A stretch of 52,088 bases of DNA from Anaerolineales bacterium UBA832 (GTDB taxonomy: Bacteria; Chloroflexota; Anaerolineae; Anaerolineales; UBA11657), in contig DBHI01000120.1 in assembly GCA_002296125.1 (NCBI GenBank), positions 32,329 to 84,416 on the forward strand, read 5' to 3'. Under the pieces are notes generated by a model. That model was given only the letters and a program-made list of their open reading frames with translations, had not been told where the DNA came from and searched no databases. The first letter of the stretch is position 1. Each line of letters begins with the position of its first letter. Below, in pieces: positions 9,434-18,810 of this stretch. The position numbers and the translations under genes are program-made.

Positions 9434-10915
9434 ATGAACGAAGTTGCACGCTTGTACCAAGTTAATAATAAGTCTATTGCTGTTAAACTTTTTGTTACAG
9501 TTTATCTGTTGTGCTTATTTTTTATGGATTCAACTTCCCATGGTGTATTTACTGGTACAAATAGATTCCAGTATTTATCTTATGCAATTGTAGAGAACCA
9601 GACTATAGATATTAGTATAGTTGAGGAACAATATGGAGAAACAGTTGAAGCTTATGAAGTAAATGGTAAGCGAGTACAAATAATTAATCCAGGATTGGGA
9701 TTACTAATGTCACCAGTTTATGCTTTGTCATCATCAATGGGTATAGAGGACTATATTGAAGGTACAATTGGTAATCAATGGATAACTCCATATAGAGGAT
9801 TGTTGTTTGCATTAATTATTAATGCAACTATGGCGGCAATATTTGTCACATCTTTGTGGTTAATTTTTCGGTGGTTAGGTTTATCTATCAAACTTTCGAT
9901 GAGTATTGCTATTGGAGTTGGATGGGGCAGTATGGCTGCTTATTATTTTACCGCTGGTACTAATGTACAAACTGCAGTTGAAACTGCTTTGTCTACTTTG
10001 GCCTGGCTTTTTATTATTGGGTTGGATCGTGGTATTAAGATTAAATATCATGCATTTTGGTCGGGTTTTTTCATGGGTATTGCGATTCTGGTGAATGTAC
10101 CTGCTGTTATAACAGCTATGTGTACAATGCTATATATTTTTTATGTGTATAGATCTAAAACATTAAGTTTTATCATAGGCTTAATACCAGGTATTATTAT
10201 TTTGTTGATTTATCAGTGGATTGCTTTAGGAAATCCTTTTTTGGATGTTCCTTTTGCATATTTTCAATCTAAAGGTTTGTACAGTAATCCCGATGATGTT
10301 AGCTTTATACAGGTTGCTTTGGAATTTCTAATAGGTTGGCACCAGGGCATAATTTGGTATTTTCCTTTATTGGTTGTTATGTTTATTGGAATACGTCGAT
10401 TGAAGACAAATAAGCATTTGACCATTGTTTGTTTGACATTAATGTTCTTGCATTGGATGTTTGCAACATGGTACACACATTTATGGATTCAAACCGAACA
10501 GATGCTGTCCTTTTATCCATGGTATGCTACTCCAGGACCAGGTGGACCAAGATACTTACTTCCAGCTGTACCATTTGTAGCAATTTTGATATCTCAAATC
10601 GATTATAGATATCTGTATTTGAGGACGTTTGCTGTTTGGTTAGGTGTTTTAGGAATGTGTTTAAATATTCCTGTATTGATGTATCCAGCAGGTGGACCTG
10701 TGTTTCGAAGTTTTATTTTAATGATGAAATATGGATTACAGGTTCCTCTAGCTAAAATAGTTGTTAACTATACTCAAAATGAATTCAAACTGTTTACTGT
10801 TGAAACTACATATGTGATAACGTGGTTGGTTGTTTTAATTGGAGCTTTGCTTTGGATATGGGGTATAAATAGATTTCGAGATTGGATTTTTGATGATTGT
10901 GAGTGTAGAGAGTAA
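9434..10915 (+). CDS. Polytopic membrane protein, putative GT-C-like glycosyltransferase
   Basis: 493 aa, at least 10 hydrophobic segments, and a large first extracytoplasmic loop (NRFQYLSYAIVENQTIDISIVEEQYGETVEAYEVNGKRVQIINPGLGLL). There is a late PGGPRYLLP motif. Preceded by a 103-nt gap. Confidence 0.4.
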   Translation: MNEVARLYQVNNKSIAVKLFVTVYLLCLFFMDSTSHGVFTGTNRFQYLSYAIVENQTIDISIVEEQYGETVEAYEVNGKRVQIINPGLGLLMSPVYALSSSMGIEDYIEGTIGNQWITPYRGLLFALIINATMAAIFVTSLWLIFRWLGLSIKLSMSIAIGVGWGSMAAYYFTAGTNVQTAVETALSTLAWLFIIGLDRGIKIKYHAFWSGFFMGIAILVNVPAVITAMCTMLYIFYVYRSKTLSFIIGLIPGIIILLIYQWIALGNPFLDVPFAYFQSKGLYSNPDDVSFIQVALEFLIGWHQGIIWYFPLLVVMFIGIRRLKTNKHLTIVCLTLMFLHWMFATWYTHLWIQTEQMLSFYPWYATPGPGGPRYLLPAVPFVAILISQIDYRYLYLRTFAVWLGVLGMCLNIPVLMYPAGGPVFRSFILMMKYGLQVPLAKIVVNYTQNEFKLFTVETTYVITWLVVLIGALLWIWGINRFRDWIFDDCECRE

Positions 10916-12099
10916 TGGCAAAGAATAGTATTGTTTTTATGATGGATTATAGGGGTGATCAATTACAAATTGGTGGTACATCTAATTATTTGAAATTGCT
11001 TGCTCCTAGAGTTCGCGATCTTGGATTTGATGTTAGGGTTGCTATGCCATATTCAAATCGTACAGAAGATGTACTTGATTTTATGAGTGAACAAAATATT
11101 ACAGTTGATAATGTTGATATTTCACCTCAGTTTGGGAATGTATTTGATCGTATCTATGCTGCTTACAGTTATTTTTCTAGAGTACGTCCTGATCTCGCTC
11201 ATTTTATTTTGCCGTGGTGGAATTCATGTGAGTATGGTATTTTGGGTGCAAGATTGGCAAGTATTGGATCTAGGATTGTAACTTATCAATCTTTTCCTGA
11301 AAAAATTGATGAAAAAATATTTAAAGGAGTGAAGGGATTCTTGCGTTTGCGTAGGCACTTGTTTACTTGTCATTCTGTACATAAAGCTATTTCAGTAAGT
11401 GAAATAAATAAACATAGGCTTATAAATAATAAGTTTTATTTATCCAATAAAGTAAAAGTTATTAGAAATATGATTGAATCTTGTAAGTTTTCTTCTATAG
11501 AGAACTCCATAGATTTTCGTAAGATATGGGGGATTGGTGATCATAAAACAATTATTACTGTGATAGGATATCTTGAACCAATTAAAGGTCATAAATATTT
11601 GTTCGACGCTTTGCCAAATATTGTTAAAGTACATCCTAATGTTATTGTTTTAGTAGTTGGTGATGGTGAATTGAGGGAGTATTTTCACAAGCAAGTGCGT
11701 GAATTAAATGTTGAAGAAAATGTATTGTTTGTTGGCTGGCAGAATGACATTCCTAACATTTTATCAGCGTCAGACATGTTAATATTACCCTCTTTGTCAG
11801 AAGGACTTCCGTTTGTAATTCCAGAAGCAATGGCTGCTGGTTTACCTATTGTGTCTACAAGAGTAGGGGGTATTCCAGAAGCAATTGTTGATGGACAAAC
11901 AGGATATTTGGTAGATCCGAAATCATCCATGGAAATAGCGGAAGCAGTCATAAAGATGCTAGATAATCCTGAAAGGATGTTATCGATGGGTAGTGCTGGT
12001 CAAGTACGTGCTATTACTGAATTTGATGTAAGTCGCATGGTTTTAGATACATGTGGTGTGTACAATGATGTTTTGTTCAATGGTTTGATAGATAGATAA
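10915..12099 (+). CDS. GT4-family glycosyltransferase
   Basis: LEPIKGHKYL...VVGDGELR, then SLSEGLPFVIPEAMAAGLPIVSTRVGGIPEAIVDGQTGYLV (E-x7-E). TAATG 1-nt overlap with the upstream gene. Confidence 0.88.
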   Translation: MAKNSIVFMMDYRGDQLQIGGTSNYLKLLAPRVRDLGFDVRVAMPYSNRTEDVLDFMSEQNITVDNVDISPQFGNVFDRIYAAYSYFSRVRPDLAHFILPWWNSCEYGILGARLASIGSRIVTYQSFPEKIDEKIFKGVKGFLRLRRHLFTCHSVHKAISVSEINKHRLINNKFYLSNKVKVIRNMIESCKFSSIENSIDFRKIWGIGDHKTIITVIGYLEPIKGHKYLFDALPNIVKVHPNVIVLVVGDGELREYFHKQVRELNVEENVLFVGWQNDIPNILSASDMLILPSLSEGLPFVIPEAMAAGLPIVSTRVGGIPEAIVDGQTGYLVDPKSSMEIAEAVIKMLDNPERMLSMGSAGQVRAITEFDVSRMVLDTCGVYNDVLFNGLIDR

Positions 12100-12180
12100 A
12101 TAATAGTGTTAACTTGTCTGCAACTATGTTTTGGGTATTACAAATTGATTTCTGAATGAATGATTGATTGATACATATTT

Positions 12181-13299
12181 ATGATCAGAGATATATTATT
12201 CTTTCAACATAACACAGAATTTGGTCTTACTGAACGATATCTATCACAGTTGGCTATTAAGTTAGATCGTTCGAAATTTCGATCACATCTTGTATATCCA
12301 GATGCTAGCAAATTAGATGAGTTTAAAGATTTGGTAGAGTATGGGGTAAATTTACATGTTTTACCAGAACAAGTTTTCAATATAAATTTTTTTCACAGCA
12401 TCAAAATCATAAGGGAATCATTAATAGATTTAAAACCAGATTTGATTCATTTTAATGATCCGGGTGTTATTGGAATGTTGGCTGCACGTTTATATAATTC
12501 TTCGCCAATAGTAATGACACATCATACTCCAGAGCTTGATAGAAATTATGATTTGCCTGGAAAAATTTTGGAAAAACTGGCTTTTTTGGGTAATACTGAA
12601 GTAATTTTTACCTCGGAACAAGATAGTAGAACTGGCGGTATACTGGATGGTAATTATAAATGGAATCACACGGTCATCCCATATGGAATAGATGTTTCGT
12701 TATTTGATGGAGATTTAAACAAGAAGGATATATTTGATAGATTTAACATCCCTTACGATCACAAAGTGGTTGTAAACGTTGCGAGATTAGTACCTCAAAA
12801 AGGTCACAAATATCTTATTTTAGCGGCTGAGAATGTTATTGAAACAATTGAGAATGTGTCTTTTTTGATTATAGGTGATGGTGAATTGCGACAGGAGCTA
12901 CAATACCAAGTCGATCAAGCAGGGATTTCTGATCGTTGTATTTTTGCTGGCTATGTGTCAGATGTGCATAACATACTCAATGTTTGCGATGCTTTTGTGA
13001 TGCCATCTTTGTTTGAAGGGTTATGTATGGCTGTGTTAGAAGCTTCTGCATCTGGTCTACCTGTAGTTTCAACAAGAGTTGGTGGAATTCCGTCCGTGGT
13101 TGTTAATGACGAGACAGGAATATTGGTTCCCGTGAAAGATGTAGATGAATTGACTTCAGGGATTATGAAAATGATTTGCAATCCAGAATATTCCAATAGA
13201 TTGGGTGAATCAGGAAGAAATATTGTTGTGGAAAAATTTTCAGTAGAATCAATGATAAAAAATACAGAAGATCTTTACGATAGGATTCTTGGCAAATAA
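12181..13299 (+). CDS. GT4-family glycosyltransferase
   Basis: LVPQKGHKYL...IIGDGELR and SLFEGLCMAVLEASASGLPVVSTRVGGIPSVVVNDETGILV. Confidence 0.88.
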   Translation: MIRDILFFQHNTEFGLTERYLSQLAIKLDRSKFRSHLVYPDASKLDEFKDLVEYGVNLHVLPEQVFNINFFHSIKIIRESLIDLKPDLIHFNDPGVIGMLAARLYNSSPIVMTHHTPELDRNYDLPGKILEKLAFLGNTEVIFTSEQDSRTGGILDGNYKWNHTVIPYGIDVSLFDGDLNKKDIFDRFNIPYDHKVVVNVARLVPQKGHKYLILAAENVIETIENVSFLIIGDGELRQELQYQVDQAGISDRCIFAGYVSDVHNILNVCDAFVMPSLFEGLCMAVLEASASGLPVVSTRVGGIPSVVVNDETGILVPVKDVDELTSGIMKMICNPEYSNRLGESGRNIVVEKFSVESMIKNTEDLYDRILGK

Positions 13300-13305
13300 A
13301 GGGAC

Positions 13306-14283
13306 ATGATATCTATGGTTAATGATCCGATGGTCAGTGTAGTGATTGCTTCTTATAATCGTGCAGATTTTATATATGATTCTATTGTGAGTGTACAAAA
13401 CCAGACTTTTACAGATAAAGAGATAATTGTTGTTGATGATGGTTCAACTGATGATACACGCAGTATACTCCAAGAGTTTGGTGGACAAATAAGTGTAATA
13501 TATCAAAGTAACCAGGGTAGATCAGCAGCTAGGAACAATGGTGTAATGAATGCAAAAGGCAGACTCATTGCTTTTTTGGATTCGGATGATGTATGGATGC
13601 ATGATAAATTAGACAAGCAGGTAGATATGTTGTTTGATAAATCAGATGTGGGATTAATACATACTTTCTCAGATGTGATTGATTCAAGTGGTATATTCAT
13701 CCCACATGAAAGTAAACTTCGCCAAAAACTTCATACACAGTCTGTTAAAAAGGGATATTCTTATGAAAGCTTAAGTGAAAATTGTGTAATGTTTCTGTCA
13801 ACAGTGATGGTTCGACGGGATTGTTGGGATGATGTTGGTCCTATGGATATTACAATACCTGCATTTGAGGATTGGGATTGGTATATGCGATTGTCACGTA
13901 AATATAATGTAGGAGTTATCCCAGAAATATTAGTACATTTTCGATTGCATGAATCTAATACTTCTCAAAAAGAATTTTTTCAAGGCAGAATTTTGACATG
14001 CGAGAAGCATTTGAAGTGGTTAAATGAGCAAACTGCTGGAAATGAGAATGTATTGAATGTTAGACGTAATTTTTATCTACAGCTTGCCGGAGCATATTAT
14101 GTACATAATGATTCTCTGCAAGTTGGTTTGTATATGCGTAAGGCAATAGAAATTGATAGAAATGTAGTTTTTAATTTGTACAATTTGCGTTATATATTAA
14201 CGATGTTATTTTCTGATAGGGTGTCTAACACTCTCCGACAATTAAAGAGACTAGTCATTAAGTTAATGATTAGAAATAGATAG
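13306..14283 (+). CDS. GT2-family glycosyltransferase
   Basis: VSVVIASYNRADFIYDSIVSVQNQTFTDKEIIVVDDGSTDDT, with the acceptor-side motifs FLDSDDVW and EDWDWYMRL. Confidence 0.88.
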   Translation: MISMVNDPMVSVVIASYNRADFIYDSIVSVQNQTFTDKEIIVVDDGSTDDTRSILQEFGGQISVIYQSNQGRSAARNNGVMNAKGRLIAFLDSDDVWMHDKLDKQVDMLFDKSDVGLIHTFSDVIDSSGIFIPHESKLRQKLHTQSVKKGYSYESLSENCVMFLSTVMVRRDCWDDVGPMDITIPAFEDWDWYMRLSRKYNVGVIPEILVHFRLHESNTSQKEFFQGRILTCEKHLKWLNEQTAGNENVLNVRRNFYLQLAGAYYVHNDSLQVGLYMRKAIEIDRNVVFNLYNLRYILTMLFSDRVSNTLRQLKRLVIKLMIRNR

Positions 14284-14326
14284 ACCCTATTTTGGACTGT
14301 TTCTTTATAATTTTAGTTAAGATATT

Positions 14327-15064
14327 ATGAAACATTTTGATGAACGTATTGTTCCTGATAATGTTCCGATAGGAATATTGTCAATGCATATCAAGCGTTA
14401 TGAGTTTGTGAAATCATATATGAGACGAGGGTATGTATTGGATGTTGCATGTGGTGTTGGCTACGGGTCTCGTTATTTGGTTGATGCAGGTTTTAAAGTT
14501 ATAGGCGTGGATATTGATGTAGAGTCTGTGTCATATGCTCAATCTCGTTATTCAGTATTGGGCAATCCTAAATTTGTTGTTGCGGACGCGATTGCAATGG
14601 GATTTGGTTGTAAAACATTTGATGTAATATGTTCGTTTGAAACAATTGAGCATATTAAGGATCCCAATTTATTTTTACAGGAAATAAAAAGATTACTAAA
14701 AGATGATGGAATATTTGTTGTTTCTACACCGATTGCTAGCGATACTACAAATAATCCAGCAAACCCATTTCATTTTCAAGAATGGAGTCCAAACGATTTT
14801 CGGAACTTACTTAGTAAATATTTTGATCATGTTGAATTGTTTTCGCAGGTGCGTAGGCAGACGGATTCTAGTACGCTTTTAAAACGTCTTGACATTTTGA
14901 ATTTACGTAAGTGGTTTTTACCCAAAATATTAGTTAGAAAATTAGCTAATATTGCTGGAGTGCAAGCAATGGATAGTATGCTTGTGGATCACATAGATAT
15001 TATAGATGGGATAGTTGAAGGAGCTAGCGAGATAATAATAATAGCGAAAAATGAAAACGATTAA
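14327..15064 (+). CDS. Class I SAM-dependent methyltransferase
   Basis: Motif I VLDVACGVGYGSRYL, post-I VIGVDID, and FDVICSFETIEHI. Confidence 0.85.
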   Translation: MKHFDERIVPDNVPIGILSMHIKRYEFVKSYMRRGYVLDVACGVGYGSRYLVDAGFKVIGVDIDVESVSYAQSRYSVLGNPKFVVADAIAMGFGCKTFDVICSFETIEHIKDPNLFLQEIKRLLKDDGIFVVSTPIASDTTNNPANPFHFQEWSPNDFRNLLSKYFDHVELFSQVRRQTDSSTLLKRLDILNLRKWFLPKILVRKLANIAGVQAMDSMLVDHIDIIDGIVEGASEIIIIAKNEND

Positions 15065-15860
15065 CAATAATCAATGGGGCGACGTATGGAAGAATGATAT
15101 GCACGCATATGATGCAGATTCAGAATTAATGTCAATGAATATTGAAAATGTTAGTGTTCGTTGCGAAAAAATTATGCATTATGTTAAACAACATATTGGA
15201 GATCTTACACAGAAAAAATCTGTAGAAGTTGGTTGTGGTGGTGCTATATATAGTCAGATATTTGCACGTATGGGTGCTATTGCAACTTTAATTGATTATA
15301 GTGTTGAAGCATTAGAGTTAGCTGAACGTAATTTCACTAATTTAGGTTTAGATGCTGACATGATTGAAACTGATGTATTTAATTTGTCATCAAATTTGAT
15401 TGAAAAATTTGATGTTGCTATGTCATTTGGTACTGTAGAACATTATCGATACCCAGAAAGACTAGAAATTTGTAGAGCACATATAGATTTGTTAAGACCA
15501 GGTGGTATTTGTATTATTAGTACTCCTAATATATTTTTTCTTCCTCATGAGTTGTTGAAAATATTATTAGTAAGAAAAGGAAAGTGGTTTTTAGGTTATG
15601 AGGGAAGCTTTTCTCCCTTTGAATTACGTAATGTTGGTCATAAATTAGGATTAAGGAATATTAAAATTATTGGTTCATCTTGGCGAGCAGATTTAATTAG
15701 ATACATGAATATTATAAGAGAAACCAATACATTTAAGAATTGGTTCCAGACCACTAATCCACAAGTTGATGCATTGTTGTCTCCTACAAAACAAACACAT
15801 AATTGGTTAGATGATTTTATTGGACATGATATTGTGTTGTTGGGTGTGAAGGATGTGTAA
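15051..15860 (+). CDS. Class I SAM-dependent methyltransferase (second; 14-nt overlap with the first)
   Basis: Motif I VEVGCGGAIYSQIF, LIDYS, and FDVAMSFGTVEHY. Confidence 0.85.
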   Translation: MKTINNNQWGDVWKNDMHAYDADSELMSMNIENVSVRCEKIMHYVKQHIGDLTQKKSVEVGCGGAIYSQIFARMGAIATLIDYSVEALELAERNFTNLGLDADMIETDVFNLSSNLIEKFDVAMSFGTVEHYRYPERLEICRAHIDLLRPGGICIISTPNIFFLPHELLKILLVRKGKWFLGYEGSFSPFELRNVGHKLGLRNIKIIGSSWRADLIRYMNIIRETNTFKNWFQTTNPQVDALLSPTKQTHNWLDDFIGHDIVLLGVKDV

Positions 15861-15869
15861 GGTAAGTCA

Positions 15870-16994
15870 ATGCGAATAGTTTATACCGTATTAGATGGTC
15901 GTATGTCTGGTGGTCAAGTGATTTGTGGGAATATTATGACCACTGCGTGTGATAGTGGTCATGATGTTTGTTTAGTTACACCTAATAGAGGTGAATTTAC
16001 TGATGAATTGGCTGAAAAAAATATTGATGTTTATACAATTCCTATGGAACGTACATTTCACTTTTACCAAGCAATAGTTTTTGCTCGATTTTTGCGTGAT
16101 TGGAATGCAGATTTAGTTCATTGCCATGCAGCTGTTACCGGTACTATATTAGCACGCATTGGTGCAAAAATAGCTGGAGTACCACTGATTAGTCATGTTC
16201 ATATTGAAAATAAATTTAGTGATGTATATTGGATTAGGAAATTGCAGATAATTTTATACAATTTGACTGCTAATTTTGTAGATCATATTTTAGCTATCAG
16301 CAATGCTACTAAGTTGTCTCTAGTAAATCAAGGAATTACTGACAATAGAATTACTGTGATTCATAATGGAGTTCAGATACCTGAAAAGGTTGTTGATGTT
16401 GCAGAAATTAAACAGATCAAAAAATCATTAGGATTAAAAGCTGATTCCAAAATTATAGGAATGGTCGCTAGATTGTGTCCGATTAAAGGGCAGAAAGAGT
16501 TTATTTATTCTGCACACAATATTTGTGATGATTTTTCAGATGTGGAATTTGTAATAATTGGAGAAGATTATGAATTCAATGGAGAGTTTCGTAATGAATT
16601 ACAGGAACTAGTTGATAATTTAGGTTTGGTCAATGTTGTGCATTTTCTCGGTTATCGTAATGATGTAAAAAATATATTGAGTTGTTTTGATGTCTTTGTT
16701 TTACCATCATGGATAGAGGGTTTTCCAGTTACGATTTTGGAGGCAATGGCAGCAAGAAAGCCAGTTGTTGCCACCGATGTTGGTGGTGTTTCCGAAATAA
16801 TATCTAATTATCAAACAGGTCTACTAATTCCGGAGAAGGATGTTTTACGGCTAACTGTAGCAATTGTTTCATTGTTGAATGATTCTCGGAAAGCTAGTTT
16901 GATTAGTGAGACTGGTTACAGATACGTGCTGAACAATTTTTCACATGACCACATGTGGACTCAGATTAGTAGATTATATGAATTATATGAATAA
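15870..16994 (+). CDS. GT4-family glycosyltransferase
   Basis: LCPIKGQKEF..., SWIEGFPVTILEAMAARKPVVATDVGGVSEIISNYQTGLLI. Confidence 0.88.
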   Translation: MRIVYTVLDGRMSGGQVICGNIMTTACDSGHDVCLVTPNRGEFTDELAEKNIDVYTIPMERTFHFYQAIVFARFLRDWNADLVHCHAAVTGTILARIGAKIAGVPLISHVHIENKFSDVYWIRKLQIILYNLTANFVDHILAISNATKLSLVNQGITDNRITVIHNGVQIPEKVVDVAEIKQIKKSLGLKADSKIIGMVARLCPIKGQKEFIYSAHNICDDFSDVEFVIIGEDYEFNGEFRNELQELVDNLGLVNVVHFLGYRNDVKNILSCFDVFVLPSWIEGFPVTILEAMAARKPVVATDVGGVSEIISNYQTGLLIPEKDVLRLTVAIVSLLNDSRKASLISETGYRYVLNNFSHDHMWTQISRLYELYE

Positions 16995-16998
16995 ATTT

Positions 16999-18810
16999 AT
17001 GAAAATTAAGAACACACTTTCCATTGATGGATGGATATGCTGTGTGCTTACAATTGTAGCTATAAGTACTAGGTGGTTCTTTATTCAAGGTAATAATTCT
17101 GTGCCTTTTGATATACAAGATGAAATAGCATTAGTATGGGCTCTAAAGGATTTTTTGATTGGTGAATGGAGTGGTATTAGTGGTCCAATTCACAGGTTTG
17201 TAGCTTCTTATTTGTTTGCACCATTTTATGGGGTTTATTTCTTTTACTTATGGTTAATTAATTCTACTAGTGGCTTAGGTCCTATCCAGCAATCTTTTTT
17301 TATTCAGTCATCTAATGCATATAATGATATAGGTATTTGGGTATTGGTTCCTAGGTTAGTATCATGGTTGTCACTAGTACTATCAATACCATTGCAATAT
17401 ATGTTGACTCGTAGAATTACAGATAACAGAATCACATCGGTTTTGGCTGCTATTTTGTTGCTTTTTTCATTTACACATATATACTCATCTTTTTTTGGTC
17501 TTCCTGATGGTATTGGTTTGTTATTATTTCAGGGAACATTATTGTATAGCTTTTCCTACATCAATAAAAGATACAGAAAATCTTTAATCGTATTTTCGAT
17601 ATTAATTGCTTTTACATTACTAGTTCAAGTATTAAATGGTATTGTTTTTATATTAGCTGGAATATGGTTTTTGGTATCGATTCATAGGACACAGAACAAT
17701 ATTATCTCTAGAAAATTAGTTTCAGAAATTGTTATTATTGCTTTTACTGTTGTTATATGTCTTATCATTATTAATCCACTATTTTATTTGGCTCCTAGTA
17801 ATATTTTGGATGAAGTCAATTATGGCATTGGAGAATGGATTCCGAGTTCAGAATCTAATATCTTGATGACTATAATATATATTTTGCGTGTAATATTTGA
17901 TGAAATTTTGGGGTTAGAATTAAGTTTGTTGTTATTGGCTGCTATTTTAAGATTTGTAATGTTAAAGGGTAATGTAGATTGGATATATATGGTTATAGGA
18001 CCATTATTATTGGCCTTTTTTATTATGGCCTTTTTTACAGAACTGACATATGAAACTAATTTGTTATCCATATATGTTCCAGTAACAATTTTGTCTGCTT
18101 GGGTTCTAACTCAAATAAAATTGTATAATTTTCCTGATTTGCATTTGGTGGGCAATGTCTTCAGCAGGTTTGTGTGGCCTTTGATATTAATTGTAGTTTT
18201 ATGGGGACCAGTAAACAAATGGTTTAGTTTTTATCAGCTAACGCTTGAACAAGGAACACGTTTAATGGCCAAGAATTGGATTGAAGCTAATATTCCATCT
18301 GATTCTAAGATATATATGGCTCCATATACTTATTCTGCTCCTTTAATTAAGAGTGTTTCTCAGATAAAAATGGATTCCATCGATGGTGAGTTGTCTGATT
18401 GGCGATTAAATTCTGAGATTGGCAATCAATTATCCCCATCATATTTTCTTGTAAATGATTCTCATTTAGATTCGCATCAATATTCTGAACCTGATTATTT
18501 TATTCAATCGATTTTTGTTTATGGAGAATATGATTGTAAGATTGATCGAGAGATTGATATTATTGATTGTCCGTACAATCCTTTAAGAGGATCATATCCT
18601 TATTTTAGTGCAATAAATCAGATCCCTAACAATTTAGATAGAGATTTATTGTTACTTAGGGAATTTACACCATTGTGTTCTGGATCTGGCGTAGAAAAGG
18701 GCATTATAAATTACAGGACTAATGTTTTAAGAAATAATATCGATGATTTGTGTACGTTTGGTCCGATTATTAACATATATGAAGTTGTCTCTAGTTTTCA
18801 ATCTCAATGA
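16999..18810 (+). CDS. Polytopic membrane protein with a ~200-aa C-terminal soluble domain, putative GT-C-type glycosyltransferase
   Basis: I prefer the ATG at 16999 (MKIKNTLSIDGW...), just after the upstream stop at 16994; the ORF track starts at 16945. The first loop carries PFDIQDE, an acidic motif as in GT-C first loops. About 12 hydrophobic segments are followed by LEQGTRLMAKNWIEANIPSDSKIYM. Confidence 0.45.
   Translation: MKIKNTLSIDGWICCVLTIVAISTRWFFIQGNNSVPFDIQDEIALVWALKDFLIGEWSGISGPIHRFVASYLFAPFYGVYFFYLWLINSTSGLGPIQQSFFIQSSNAYNDIGIWVLVPRLVSWLSLVLSIPLQYMLTRRITDNRITSVLAAILLLFSFTHIYSSFFGLPDGIGLLLFQGTLLYSFSYINKRYRKSLIVFSILIAFTLLVQVLNGIVFILAGIWFLVSIHRTQNNIISRKLVSEIVIIAFTVVICLIIINPLFYLAPSNILDEVNYGIGEWIPSSESNILMTIIYILRVIFDEILGLELSLLLLAAILRFVMLKGNVDWIYMVIGPLLLAFFIMAFFTELTYETNLLSIYVPVTILSAWVLTQIKLYNFPDLHLVGNVFSRFVWPLILIVVLWGPVNKWFSFYQLTLEQGTRLMAKNWIEANIPSDSKIYMAPYTYSAPLIKSVSQIKMDSIDGELSDWRLNSEIGNQLSPSYFLVNDSHLDSHQYSEPDYFIQSIFVYGEYDCKIDREIDIIDCPYNPLRGSYPYFSAINQIPNNLDRDLLLLREFTPLCSGSGVEKGIINYRTNVLRNNIDDLCTFGPIINIYEVVSSFQSQ

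Noticed and set aside
9053-9460. 135-aa minus-strand ORF, plus all other minus-strand ORFs in the track (for example 1759..1944, 23101..23403, 23684..23983, 28049..28354, 34233..34604, 38535..38786, 38805..39071, 40036..40284, 41956..42264, 45315..45524)
   Set aside because: Each lies antisense within a strongly supported + strand gene. Their translations are low-complexity with no recognisable motifs. They are the long antisense frames expected in skewed, AT-rich coding DNA.
9906-10094. Same-strand alternative-frame ORFs (9906..10094, 11087..11281, 50777..50974)
   Set aside because: They are fully nested out of frame within longer genes that carry clear family motifs, and nothing supports an independent start.
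12153-12172. tgaatgaatgattgattgat microsatellite-like tract in the 12100-12180 gap
   Set aside because: It is only 5 imperfect tetranucleotide units and is non-coding. Nothing suggests phase variation, because it does not separate a promoter from its gene in any demonstrable way.
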